DNA of 64,000 bases, taken from positions 1 to 64,000 of IMG/VR virus record IMGVR_UViG_3300047470_000115. One strand, written 5' to 3'. A program made the translations under genes and the position numbers. This stretch comes from a virus. The notes beneath the pieces were generated by a model. It was not told the origin of the DNA and searched no databases. It saw only the letters and a program-made list of their open reading frames with translations. Positions within the stretch are counted from its first letter, which is position 1, and each line of letters begins with the position of its first letter. Below, piece after piece: positions 54,824 to 63,037 of this stretch.

Positions 54824-57700
54824 TTATGACAGAAGCCTCTCGCGAAGTTTCTCGGAGACGAGATGAACATCCTGCGGACCGCTGACGACCACCGTATCAA
54901 GGCCATACGCCGAAGGGCTATCCGTGTTAATGCCCACACCCACGAGGTGAATTCCGGCAGCCTTGCACAGTTCGATGTTGTCCGTGAGGATATCCAGTTC
55001 CTCGTTGTAGTTGGCTTGCGGCATGCGGCCGTCAGTGAAGTAGAAGAATACCTTGTCGGTCGCTCGAATCCCCTGCATCTGCTTACGGTAGAACTCGAGC
55101 GTATGTCCGTCGAGGTTCTCCGAGTCCGGGCCGAGAGTCGACACGGCCTCACGCGCACGAGCACTCCACGGCTCATTGAACGGCTTACACTCGTACATGT
55201 TCGCAACGAGCTTCGTGTCGTACGTCATGACAGGCTGACGGCTACGTCCGCGCCCCTGCCACTGCCTCCACTGCCACTGCGCCGAGTGACCCCAGACTGC
55301 GAACTTGACACCAGGCAGGGCGTTCATCGCATCAGCCATGACCAGGGCACACTGCTTGAGTAGCAGGAGGTTTATGCCGGTCGTGCTGGCCGACAGGTCA
55401 ATGCCCATACCAACTGCATACTCGCGCTTAGCGGGACGCTGCTTCTTCTGGAAGACGCGATCGTCTCCGAAGGGGACGCGTCGCGCCAGCATCGAGCCTG
55501 CAATGTCGCCAGTCTTGCGGTTTCGAACCTGACTCGACCTTTTATTGAAGTCGAAGATCGGCCTGACCGCACCAATGAAACGACTGATGTCCGCAATGCT
55601 CGGCTCGAATGCACCCTCGATGCCGAGCTGCGCATTGTTGTAGTTCGCAAGCGACCGATAAGGCTCGTAGGCATGCGTCCAGGCGAGTGCTGCATCTCGA
55701 CCGTTCTCGTCGAGTGCATGTCGATCTGGGCGTGAAATCAACAGGCCAGTGACATCTCGACGGACAACGTCGAAGGCCATGATCTGGGAATCTGCTGTTC
55801 CCATCTCCTCTTCGAGTGTCTTGATCTGCTCTGGACTGACGGTGTCCTTGCTGGCCGTAGCCTGGTGGGCGAACTGCTCGAAGCCCTTCTCTAGATCTTC
55901 CGGCGTGCCGTACTCGCTCGGATCGATCTGCTGCGGCTGGCGGTCTAGAGGCTCATCACCCTTCTCGTCAAGGTTCTCGCGATCGAAGTCCTCGTCCTCG
56001 TCGCCATCCCACGGACTGTCTTCGGAGTCGTCGTCGCCCTGCTCTGTCGAGTCGGAAGCCTCACCATCAGCCTCGCCGTCAACTTCACCGTCAGAGTCGT
56101 CATCAGAGTCACCGTCACCCTCGCCTTCGCCAGAGCCGGTGCCGCCCGATCCACTTCCGCCATCGGGCGCCTCGTCCTCTCCGTCACCGTCCCCGGTATC
56201 GGGCGTGACTGATGAAGAGGAGTCGTCGTCCCCGTCCTCCGAGCCATCCTGGGCCGGTTCCCCGCCACCGTCCGACGATTCCGAATCGTCGCCTTCACCC
56301 TCAGATTCCTCGCCTGTGCCGCCAGGGCCACCAGAGTCCGACTCCTTGTCGGCATCTTCGGCGTCTCCCTGACCGCTACCCTCGTCGGCGTCGTCGCCGC
56401 CTTCATCCTCGTCGGACTCATCCGACCCCTGGCCGCCGTCAGCGTCGTCGCCCTCGTCGGAGTTCGACTCATCATCCTGCTGGTCAGTACCACCAGACGA
56501 GTCAGACTCCTCGGCATCTTCCGACTCCTCGTCGGACTCGCCATCACTCTGGCCGCCGTCGGAGTCGGAATCCGAGTCAGACTCTTCTTGCCCGTCGTTG
56601 TCACCAGAGTCTTCGTCGGAATCCTCGTCGGACGAGTCATCGGACTCTTCGAACTGAATTTCAGTCTGTTCGCCAGGTCCAGCCGAGTCGTCCGGCTCGC
56701 TGTCGTCCTCATCCTTCGGCTCGGGCTGCGGCTGGGGCTCGCCGTCCTGGTCGTCCTCGTCCTCGTCCTCGCTGTCCTGCTCCGGGAAGAACCCGAGCTC
56801 CTGCGCGATAGACAGGAAGTCCTGTGATGCATGGAAGGCGTCGCGAACGGTCCTCATGCCGCCTTCGAGCGACCTCGCGAACTCCTGCATGACGGGATTC
56901 TCGATCGCCTCTACGACCGGCTCGCTGTACGCAGTTGGCACAAACGAATCCAGCACCAGGTTATAGAACGCGACCACGAGCTGGACGTTGAGGGGCTGAC
57001 CCCTGAAGGGCATCCACACCTTCTCGCCCTCGTCACCCTCGATCATCTCGCCGCCGGACTCCTGGCGACGGATAATGTCAGCGCGACGCACGCGAGCTGA
57101 ACCAGGGCGAACCTTACCCATCTTCAGGTCGACGCGCACATCTTCCATGATGTTGACGATCGCCGGAAGATACGGCGACGAGACGGCTGCGACAGTCATC
57201 CAGTCGGGCGACCGCATCAGTGCCTCGCGGAGCTTCTCACCCGTAGCCTGATCGACCTTTCCGGTCGAGATCATGCGACGGATGGCAGACATGATGTCAG
57301 CATCCTTAGCGGGCTCGAAAGTATTGTGTGCTACGTGCGAGATCTCGTGAACCATGCGGGACATAACGAGATCGTTGATAGCGCAGCGCCTGCACCTCGA
57401 CTCGCCATAGGAGGTCCGAAGATCACAGAAGTTCGGCTGGTGCGAACCGGCCTTGCCGAGGGCGAGAGGCGGACGCACGTAGATGTCCTGGTTGTCGGTC
57501 CAAGACTTGTCCCATGTCAGCCGCACTCGAAGTGAAGGCCGCTTAGTGACTACCCTCGCGAACGACTCAAGCATCGGACGCATGGCTGCGAACTCCTGCG
57601 CCGTCTGTCGAACCAACTCGCGCAGGGCGTGATTCGCCATGTCCTGCGTATCGACTGCAACCTCAAGGGGATCTCCCCCCTCGTACACACTGCTAACCAT
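54824..57700 (-). CDS. CobT-like VWA protein: HExxH domain, long acidic linker, VWA domain
   Basis: VHEISHVAH and NIMEDVRVD motifs; about 280-aa D/E/S/G tract; MIDAS GIDLSAST and FYFTDGRMP. Confidence 0.88.
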   Translation of the reverse strand: MVSSVYEGGDPLEVAVDTQDMANHALRELVRQTAQEFAAMRPMLESFARVVTKRPSLRVRLTWDKSWTDNQDIYVRPPLALGKAGSHQPNFCDLRTSYGESRCRRCAINDLVMSRMVHEISHVAHNTFEPAKDADIMSAIRRMISTGKVDQATGEKLREALMRSPDWMTVAAVSSPYLPAIVNIMEDVRVDLKMGKVRPGSARVRRADIIRRQESGGEMIEGDEGEKVWMPFRGQPLNVQLVVAFYNLVLDSFVPTAYSEPVVEAIENPVMQEFARSLEGGMRTVRDAFHASQDFLSIAQELGFFPEQDSEDEDEDDQDGEPQPQPEPKDEDDSEPDDSAGPGEQTEIQFEESDDSSDEDSDEDSGDNDGQEESDSDSDSDGGQSDGESDEESEDAEESDSSGGTDQQDDESNSDEGDDADGGQGSDESDEDEGGDDADEGSGQGDAEDADKESDSGGPGGTGEESEGEGDDSESSDGGGEPAQDGSEDGDDDSSSSVTPDTGDGDGEDEAPDGGSGSGGTGSGEGEGDGDSDDDSDGEVDGEADGEASDSTEQGDDDSEDSPWDGDEDEDFDRENLDEKGDEPLDRQPQQIDPSEYGTPEDLEKGFEQFAHQATASKDTVSPEQIKTLEEEMGTADSQIMAFDVVRRDVTGLLISRPDRHALDENGRDAALAWTHAYEPYRSLANYNNAQLGIEGAFEPSIADISRFIGAVRPIFDFNKRSSQVRNRKTGDIAGSMLARRVPFGDDRVFQKKQRPAKREYAVGMGIDLSASTTGINLLLLKQCALVMADAMNALPGVKFAVWGHSAQWQWRQWQGRGRSRQPVMTYDTKLVANMYECKPFNEPWSARAREAVSTLGPDSENLDGHTLEFYRKQMQGIRATDKVFFYFTDGRMPQANYNEELDILTDNIELCKAAGIHLVGVGINTDSPSAYGLDTVVVSGPQDVHLVSEKLRERLLS

Positions 57701-57792
57701 TTCGCGTCACGCCCCAAAGTATTACGCCCCAACTTCCACTGCCCAGCCCGGAGGCATCGCTACCCCCGGACCAGGTCGAAGCTGCTGGTACG

Positions 57793-58062
57793 TCAGTTCG
57801 TGCGGAGCTTCTCGCCGATGATCTCCAGGCCGACCTCGTCGGACAGCTCGGCCAGTCGCTCCAGCGCCGCCCGGTCCCACGTGGACAGCTGCGCCTTCTC
57901 GTCGAGGGTCAGTCGCTCCCAGAGGAGCGACGCGAACCCGAGGGCTGCCACCGATGCCTCGGCAGGCAGCTCGTCGACCAGCTCGTAGGCGACCTCGGGG
58001 AACTCGGGCATCGCCGACTCGTCGTCGAAGACCGTGTGCGTGTTGATGGTGGACTCAGTCAT
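57793..58062 (-). CDS. Acidic hypothetical protein
   Basis: GGAGG RBS; high GC3. Confidence 0.75.
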   Translation of the reverse strand: MTESTINTHTVFDDESAMPEFPEVAYELVDELPAEASVAALGFASLLWERLTLDEKAQLSTWDRAALERLAELSDEVGLEIIGEKLRTN

Positions 58063-58354
58063 TGGATTCCTCCGAGTTGATACCTGTTGCGTCACCGACG
58101 GCCTGCGTGGACTCGTCGGGGCTTGTGGGCGGCGCAGGCCAGTAGAGCTCGACCTGTATCTTCGAGTGCATGAACTCGATGGCGCCGGTGTGGGTCGCGG
58201 CCAGCTGGTCGAAGATCGGCGTGCCGGGGTCTGCCTGCGGACGTACGAACCAGTCAGCCGACTCGTCGGTAGTGGGCCTGGGTCCTGTTCGCTGGAAGAA
58301 TGCTGTCGCGTTCACGCTGCTCCTCAGTGTGAGAACTGGTTTCGGCGCCCCCAT
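58055..58354 (-). CDS. Hypothetical protein
   Basis: Fills the gap between the HNH and the next gene; start uncertain. Confidence 0.5.
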   Translation of the reverse strand: MGAPKPVLTLRSSVNATAFFQRTGPRPTTDESADWFVRPQADPGTPIFDQLAATHTGAIEFMHSKIQVELYWPAPPTSPDESTQAVGDATGINSEESND

Positions 58355-58665
58355 GGACGTCGCTCTGCGGCCAGAGCCAAGTTTTCCATGTTGCTGATCT
58401 GCTTCAGGTGAACGGGGTTGCAGCACCCCTTGTTGTTGCACTTGTGGTCAACAACAAAGCCTTCGATCAGGTCACCCACCCAGTGATCGAAGGCTAGTCT
58501 GTGAGATAGAACCGTCTTGCCGCTCGCAATGCAGAAGCGACCGTACCCCTTGCCAGTGACAGATCCCTGCCACACCCAGCAGGGACCGAGTTCCCAGTCG
58601 GGATCTGTCACGATTCTGACCCGGCGAACCTTTGCCAGGAACTTGTCTAGTTGCTCGCGTGTCAT
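58324..58665 (-). CDS. HNH endonuclease (HNH_3/NUMOD-like)
   Basis: CWVWQG...GYGRF...SHRLAF...VDHKCNNKGCCNPVHL...N. Confidence 0.9.
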   Translation of the reverse strand: MTREQLDKFLAKVRRVRIVTDPDWELGPCWVWQGSVTGKGYGRFCIASGKTVLSHRLAFDHWVGDLIEGFVVDHKCNNKGCCNPVHLKQISNMENLALAAERRPWGRRNQFSH

Positions 58666-58725
58666 CGTAGCCTCCCCGACCAGATCTTAGGAGGCTACGA
58701 TGACGAAACCATGCGCACAACTATT

Positions 58726-60333
58726 TCAGCCGACGCGCGTTTTGACCGTTCCGCGTACCAAGTCGCGTTCGCGCGGGTCGAGGAAGTTGACCAGCGCGAT
58801 GTCGTACGCCTTAGTGAGCGGCCAGATGCGAGACAGCTTCGCCACCTTGATGCTGTGACGGACACCCCATGAAGTCGTGATCGAGTGATTGGCGGCGAGG
58901 CCACGCAGATCTTCGGCGATCCCGACGATCTGATCGAGCGTCTCCTCGCCGATCTTCCAGCCGATGTCAGGGTCGTCGGCCCACTCGCGCAGAATCTCGC
59001 GCTCGATATCGAACGGCGGATAGTCCACAGCGAGGTGCGCGAGACGAGAACTGTCTGCGTCGGCGATCATGTCAGCGCCCACGTTACGTGTATCCCAGGC
59101 AGGGTTCATCGCCAGGGCGAACACCGAGTCGGGATGGCGCTCGATGATCTCGCCAGCGTTCTTGTCGATGACGAACTGCTTCGAGTTGTCCGTGAGTGGA
59201 CGCACCGCCTGCCAGACCTCGACCGGCCCCACGTTGGGCTCGTCAAGGCAGATGACACCGGGCGACTGCCACGCACGAGGGAGGCGACCGTGGGCGAACT
59301 TGGTCGCGTTGTCCTGCAGGGTGAACTGGCCGACCAGTTCCTCGACCTCGGTGCTGGCCGTGATGCTGATCCGATGGAACGGCAACTGCATCAGCCACGC
59401 CATGTGTCGCAGGACTTCGGTCTTGCCGACACCTGCCGGACCCCACAGGGCGGGCGTCTCGTCCATCTCCCACCACAGGGCGGCGAGCATGAACACAAGG
59501 CCCAGGTAGTCGATGAAGTTCTCGGGGTGCTCGTCGTCGCCAGTGGTCGGTACCAGAGCCTGCAGGTTCTTGGGGAATCGCGCCTTGTCGTAGACCGGAA
59601 TGAACACCGAGGCTCCAGTGTCATGGTCAACGATCTCACGCCATGCCCTTATGCCGCGATCCTTGTCCTCGACACTCAGGGTGCGATCCGTCGGATACTG
59701 TGACGGATCGACGAAGTTGACACGCTCCGACTTCCACCGCTCCAAGGGTGTCATCATCTTGAAGTACGCGTCAACGAGCTCGGGGATGAGCCGCATCTGA
59801 CCGTCCATCTGACGATTGTGCACCGGCGTACCGCCGTAGCGCATCAGGCGAACAGCCGACCCGCACCGCTGCGACTTCTCGGCGACCTGCCCCTGAAAGA
59901 CCAGCTCGTTGCGTGAGCTGCAAATGCCGGTCCCCCGCCAGCCGAGACGAACCGTCTCGGCCCTGTTGTAGAAGATGCACTCCGTACAGGTCTCGACCTT
60001 CGGGATTCCATCGTTCTCGTCATCCTCCCCGAGCATGACCTGTGCCGCAACAGCCTCCCTACTCGGGAGCGTGACAGGCGGATTCACCTTCGACCAAGTC
60101 ACAGTCGACGGACGGGGCAAGCCGTACTCCTGGCACTTCCCCGCCGTCGCCTTGCGGAGTCCGTCGGCCTGCCTCGGATGCATCTCTTCACGTCCGAGAA
60201 TGTACCCGAACCTTGCGCAGTGGTCCATGCCGGTTCGAGTTCCGAAAAGCTTCTCGGACTCGGGACCGTCAGGAACGAACGAAGGGCACCCTACGCAAGA
60301 GCGCTTCTTCTCGCCGACAGCCTCGGTTGTCAT
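58726..60333 (-). CDS. MoxR/CobS-like AAA+ ATPase with Cys-rich N-terminal extension
   Basis: LWGPAGVGKT, ELVGQF, CLDEPN and ALAMNP...ADSSRL motifs. Confidence 0.9.
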   Translation of the reverse strand: MTTEAVGEKKRSCVGCPSFVPDGPESEKLFGTRTGMDHCARFGYILGREEMHPRQADGLRKATAGKCQEYGLPRPSTVTWSKVNPPVTLPSREAVAAQVMLGEDDENDGIPKVETCTECIFYNRAETVRLGWRGTGICSSRNELVFQGQVAEKSQRCGSAVRLMRYGGTPVHNRQMDGQMRLIPELVDAYFKMMTPLERWKSERVNFVDPSQYPTDRTLSVEDKDRGIRAWREIVDHDTGASVFIPVYDKARFPKNLQALVPTTGDDEHPENFIDYLGLVFMLAALWWEMDETPALWGPAGVGKTEVLRHMAWLMQLPFHRISITASTEVEELVGQFTLQDNATKFAHGRLPRAWQSPGVICLDEPNVGPVEVWQAVRPLTDNSKQFVIDKNAGEIIERHPDSVFALAMNPAWDTRNVGADMIADADSSRLAHLAVDYPPFDIEREILREWADDPDIGWKIGEETLDQIVGIAEDLRGLAANHSITTSWGVRHSIKVAKLSRIWPLTKAYDIALVNFLDPRERDLVRGTVKTRVG

Positions 60334-60345
60334 CCCGCACACCCC

Positions 60346-60792
60346 TCACTCGGCGGCCTTGCATTCCTTCTCGTACCGTCGATAGTACGGAAGAAGGTCC
60401 ACCTCTAGATTCTTGACATGTTCAGTAGTCTTGTCGTTCAACTTGTTCTGCCGGTCCTGAAGTTTAACCAGCCTCTGGAAATCCTTCTCCGCGATGGCCT
60501 CATGAGCCTGACTCATGAGATCGAGTTGCGGATTGCCAGCATCCCCCAGACCTGACGCCGCCTTGATGATGGCATCCAGGTTCTCCAACGCCTTCATACA
60601 AGAGCCAGGCGTCTTGTACTTCGTTACCGTCTTCGTGTCACCCTTTACAACCTCGGTGACTACAGGTGCCGGTTCCCTCTCCGATTGGTCGGGCCCATCG
60701 GGACCCCCGGGGGCGGAGCACCGTCCCATACTGAACACCATGGCCCCCACGAGGACCACCGCACCCGCACACCTGAGCGGAGTCATCGTCAC
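60346..60792 (-). CDS. Secreted/membrane-anchored protein (possible lipoprotein)
   Basis: N-terminal hydrophobic helix ending MGRC; coiled-coil C-terminus. Confidence 0.75.
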   Translation of the reverse strand: MTMTPLRCAGAVVLVGAMVFSMGRCSAPGGPDGPDQSEREPAPVVTEVVKGDTKTVTKYKTPGSCMKALENLDAIIKAASGLGDAGNPQLDLMSQAHEAIAEKDFQRLVKLQDRQNKLNDKTTEHVKNLEVDLLPYYRRYEKECKAAE

Positions 60793-61511
60793 TCCTCGGT
60801 GTCGTCGAGTTCCGCCATGGTCTCCAGGTAGTGCGGGTTATCGCGCAGGCAGATGGGACCGATGCCAAGTGATGTCGACTGCGGGTCGGTCAGCTCCTTG
60901 CCACATACGCCGCAGTATCCTTCCTGGCGTCCATAGATGATCTGCATCTTCGGGCCCTCAATGAAGATCTTCTTGAGGACCAGGTTGATGTGATCTGCCA
61001 TGCTCTCGACAATCGACGCCCAGGGCTTTACGCCTCGGTTGTCAATCAGGAGAACCTCGCGCAGCTTAAGCTGCGTCTTGGCCGTGCGCTTCGGCACGGA
61101 CTGAAGGCGCCAGCTGACGATCTTCTTCTCGTCACCCTCGCCCTCGGTCTGGACACCGATACGCCAGAACTCGTAGGACTGCCCGTCAGGCTTCGCCATG
61201 GCGAAGTAACCTTCAGGGATACCCATGATCATGTCCGGCTGCCACTTCAGGTGCTGAAGTCCGCCGGTCTTCTGTGGCTGCGCCACGGTCATCCCTCCTA
61301 GCCCACCAGTCCCCTTACGGAGATTAGCCACGTACGTAAAGCACTCATCGAAGGACATGGCCGCAGCCTTAACGAGGTCGCCACGCATGCGCCTCACCTC
61401 GTTAAGCATGCTCTCGGTCGGCTTGCGCTGACCCTGAACACAACTCCGAACCTCGGCAACACTTTCGTGACTGTGAGGCTCACCCCCCGACGTGCAGCGA
61501 ATCCTTGCCAT
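60789..61511 (-). CDS. DUF6011-like Zn-finger domain protein
   Basis: YGRQEGYCGVCGKELTDPQSTSLGIGPIC; N-terminal C...H.H.SVAEVRSC. Confidence 0.82.
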   Translation of the reverse strand: MARIRCTSGGEPHSHESVAEVRSCVQGQRKPTESMLNEVRRMRGDLVKAAAMSFDECFTYVANLRKGTGGLGGMTVAQPQKTGGLQHLKWQPDMIMGIPEGYFAMAKPDGQSYEFWRIGVQTEGEGDEKKIVSWRLQSVPKRTAKTQLKLREVLLIDNRGVKPWASIVESMADHINLVLKKIFIEGPKMQIIYGRQEGYCGVCGKELTDPQSTSLGIGPICLRDNPHYLETMAELDDTEE

Positions 61512-61577
61512 GAGACCCTAACCTCCGGATCAAATCGGACGCACGCATTGCACGCATTGGCGCATCATACACTATGG

Positions 61578-61617
61578 ACAAAGTCAGGCCCCTCACTCAC
61601 GGGAGTGAGGGGCCTGA
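61578..61617 (-). terminator. Intrinsic terminator
   Basis: 15-bp IR TCAGGCCCCTCACTC / GAGTGAGGGGCCTGA, then CTTTGT on the minus strand. Confidence 0.8.
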
Positions 61618-61636
61618 TGCTCATTGTGGATCTCGC

Positions 61637-62095
61637 CTAGGAGCCCAGACGTTTGATCTGTTCCTTGCGTGCAGTGTTCATCATGGGGTGTCGAGACGAC
61701 CCAGGCCGGTGACACATCTCCTCATGGGCGATGCGTTCCATTACCTCGTCGGGAGACTCGACACGACCCCGGTGAATCTCTTCCACCGGCCTGTCAGTGT
61801 CAGTCAGAGCCGACGTGTCGTTTACGACACTCCAGGTCTCTACGACCTTCGTCAGCATCACGGCACGAATACCCTCGCGGGCGAGGATGCGACCCCGCCG
61901 AGTGCGAGTGAACTCTTTTACCGTGAACACCAACTTAATGAGTGTCGGTGTGGCGATCACGCGCGCCAGGGTATCCTCCCTGACTTCGCTACGCTCCGCG
62001 TGAACCAGGATGCCAGTATCAGTCCGAACTCGACCAATGACTTGCATGGGAGTGAGGTTGTCAACGCCCCCGTACTGCAGCTGCCCAGTTTTCAA
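61637..62095 (-). CDS. Hypothetical protein
   Basis: 152 aa; TTGA overlap with the upstream stop. Confidence 0.6.
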   Translation of the reverse strand: MKTGQLQYGGVDNLTPMQVIGRVRTDTGILVHAERSEVREDTLARVIATPTLIKLVFTVKEFTRTRRGRILAREGIRAVMLTKVVETWSVVNDTSALTDTDRPVEEIHRGRVESPDEVMERIAHEEMCHRPGSSRHPMMNTARKEQIKRLGS

Positions 62096-62379
62096 CTCTG
62101 CTCTACCCCCACCAACTTGTCGAAGCAGTCGCCAGGCTCAGCCGTGACAATTCCGTGGGAAGTGCCACTCTGACCATGGATCGTAACACGGATGCGGCAT
62201 TTGGGCCGCTTCCTAGCACGCATCGACGACCCGGGGGAATGCAGGGTCACGGGCCCAACTGTCGCAATCGAACCGTCAGGCATGACGATCTGATCGGTTG
62301 CGACGAGCTGGACTGCAGCTATCGGTTCGGTTCTCACTCCCTCCGCCTGTTCGACACTCATGTTGCGCTTATCACTCAT
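62092..62379 (-). CDS. Hypothetical protein
   Basis: GGGGAG RBS before ATG 62379. Confidence 0.6.
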   Translation of the reverse strand: MSDKRNMSVEQAEGVRTEPIAAVQLVATDQIVMPDGSIATVGPVTLHSPGSSMRARKRPKCRIRVTIHGQSGTSHGIVTAEPGDCFDKLVGVEQS

Positions 62380-62399
62380 TCGCTGCTCCCCAGGTGGAG

Positions 62400-62548
62400 A
62401 TCCGAATACAACGAAGAGACCTGCTGTACGGCTTGCGACCGTATACCTCAACAAGTCAGGACCACCACCCAGTATAGGAAACGCGGCGCAGCGTGCGCAT
62501 ACTGGGGGGTGGACCTCACTTGATCGAGTACTCGACTCGATCATGGTG
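62400..62548 (-). ncRNA. Structured leader or small RNA candidate
   Basis: Downstream of a strong promoter; three consecutive hairpins, including a 21-bp interrupted stem and a GCAA-loop stem. Confidence 0.5.
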
Positions 62549-62554
62549 ATACCG

Positions 62555-62602
62555 ATTCTAGCACTACGTGCCCCCAACCGTCAACAGTTAGGGTACCCTA
62601 AC
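62555..62602 (-). promoter_or_regulatory. Strong promoter with an upstream palindromic operator
   Basis: TTGACG-N18-TAGAAT; perfect 16-bp palindrome GTTAGGGTACCCTAAC at 62587-62602. Confidence 0.75.
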
Positions 62603-62630
62603 CTAGCGCTGACGATTTGTCGACATGTCG

Positions 62631-62789
62631 CTACTCGCCCGGAGTGGCCATACTCAGATCAAGTTTGGCGCGGATGTTGTGATAGTTGGTCTCGTCACTC
62701 TCCGACCAGTCGCCGTCGTCAGAGTACTTCTGGCGGTGCGCGTCAAGCGCCTCCAGGACCAACGCATACTCGCCTTCAGTGAATTGCAT
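62631..62789 (-). CDS. 52-aa acidic micro-protein (not in the ORF track)
   Basis: GGAAGG RBS; MQFTEGEYALVLEALDAHRQKYSDDGDWSESDETNYHNIRAKLDLSMATPGE. Confidence 0.7.
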   Translation of the reverse strand: MQFTEGEYALVLEALDAHRQKYSDDGDWSESDETNYHNIRAKLDLSMATPGE

Positions 62790-62807
62790 ACTTGACCTTC
62801 CCCGGTA

Positions 62808-62932
62808 AGTAAAAACAAGGCGCTAGGGCGCTGCGCCGCAACCCAGAACTCAGGGCCACCCGAGTCTGGTTACCGGTCCAACCCGTTCAGGAAGACCGTG
62901 CGGCGCAGCTTCCTAGCGCCTTGTGTTTCGTT
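62808..62932 (-). ncRNA. Y-shaped (three-way junction) RNA with its own promoter and U-tail
   Basis: 13+11-bp closing stem, two internal hairpins, ends in TTTTTACTT. Confidence 0.6.
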
Positions 62933-62937
62933 GCCCG

Positions 62938-62966
62938 ATGATAACACGGGTGATCGCATCACACAA
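62938..62966 (-). promoter_or_regulatory. Promoter for the Y-shaped RNA
   Basis: TTGTGT-N17-TATCAT; shares GCGATC..CCG.GTTATCATCGG with the 7238 promoter. Confidence 0.55.
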
Positions 62967-62976
62967 CCCCCAACAA

Positions 62977-63019
62977 GTACTGAATCCCCCCGCATCTTGC
63001 TCTCGGGGGGATTCAGTAC
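62977..63019 (-). terminator. Intrinsic terminator
   Basis: 16-bp perfect IR GTACTGAATCCCCCCG / CGGGGGGATTCAGTAC, then TTGTT on the minus strand. Confidence 0.8.
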
Positions 63020-63037
63020 CGGGCTGGGAGACCCGCG

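Noticed and set aside
55950-56790. Repetitive GTC/TCC-rich DNA as a repeat array
   Set aside because: It is the coding acidic linker of the VWA protein
57708-57733. ACGCCCCAA direct repeat before the VWA start; also GCACGCATT x2 at ~61540
   Set aside because: Only two short copies each, with no associated promoter identified; insufficient evidence
62808-62932. 5S rRNA, tRNA or SRP identity for the Y-shaped RNA (CCCAGAACTCAG resembles 5S loop C)
   Set aside because: The similarity is short, on the non-promoter strand, and helix lengths do not fit; no T-arm or SRP motif
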